A stretch of DNA of 64,000 nt, taken from Octopus sinensis (lineage: Eukaryota). The first letter of the stretch is position 1. Each line of letters opens with the position of its first letter. This document shows positions 63,856 to 64,000 of this stretch, one piece after another. Made by a program: the position numbers and the translations under genes. Under the pieces are notes generated by a model that was given only the letters and a program-made list of their open reading frames with translations, had not been told where the DNA came from and did not search any database. The DNA lies in the NCBI RefSeq assembly GCF_006345805.1, contig NC_043000.1, forward strand, positions 140,988,001 to 141,052,000. The letters run 5' to 3'.

Positions 63856-64000
63856 CTGCCTTGAATCTCTTAACACTGACTGGATGAATGTACTAACTAT
63901 TGTGTACTAACTTTTCCTACATTATACTTTTCATTACTAACTTTTCGTACTTTATATTTATAGAACATGACCCTTTTATGTAAATCAGATTCTCAGAAGA

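Overview
AT-rich, microsatellite-dense eukaryotic DNA. The SINE, RTE and Penelope repeat content looks like a coleoid cephalopod (octopus-like), which is an inference from pattern recognition only. I could not assemble an intact host protein-coding gene; the ORF track is almost entirely microsatellite noise or transposon remnants. The window is a transposon graveyard: a 5'-truncated RTE LINE with a C4HC3 PHD finger inside ORF2; RTE-BovB, RTE-X-like, CR1, L1/Tx1 and R4/Dong fragments; a Penelope (RT + GIY-YIG) remnant; piggyBac, mariner, maT-like and Tc1 remnants; a short Helitron; and three tRNA-derived SINE families. The main unexplained signal is a set of type I hammerhead ribozyme (HHR) motifs with unrelated helix sequences. 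Four fold canonically or nearly so by hand (28895-28942, 29697-29748, 44539-44631, 20525-20627), and about eight more are variant, mirrored or decayed. Most sit in short non-coding elements built as [inverted copy of tail][body with HHR][tail], giving about ten 100-500 bp foldbacks; one has a tRNA-like Pol III head. This points to a diverse set of Penelope-mobilised, ribozyme-bearing non-autonomous retroelements. There is also an orphan TATA/ETS/Staf-like promoter with a short first coding exon (MSNFRRGKK) and an HHR about 330 nt into its putative intron. Indel-rich duplications at 22-30 kb and 60.5 kb may be partly assembly artefacts. Boundaries of decayed repeats are approximate.
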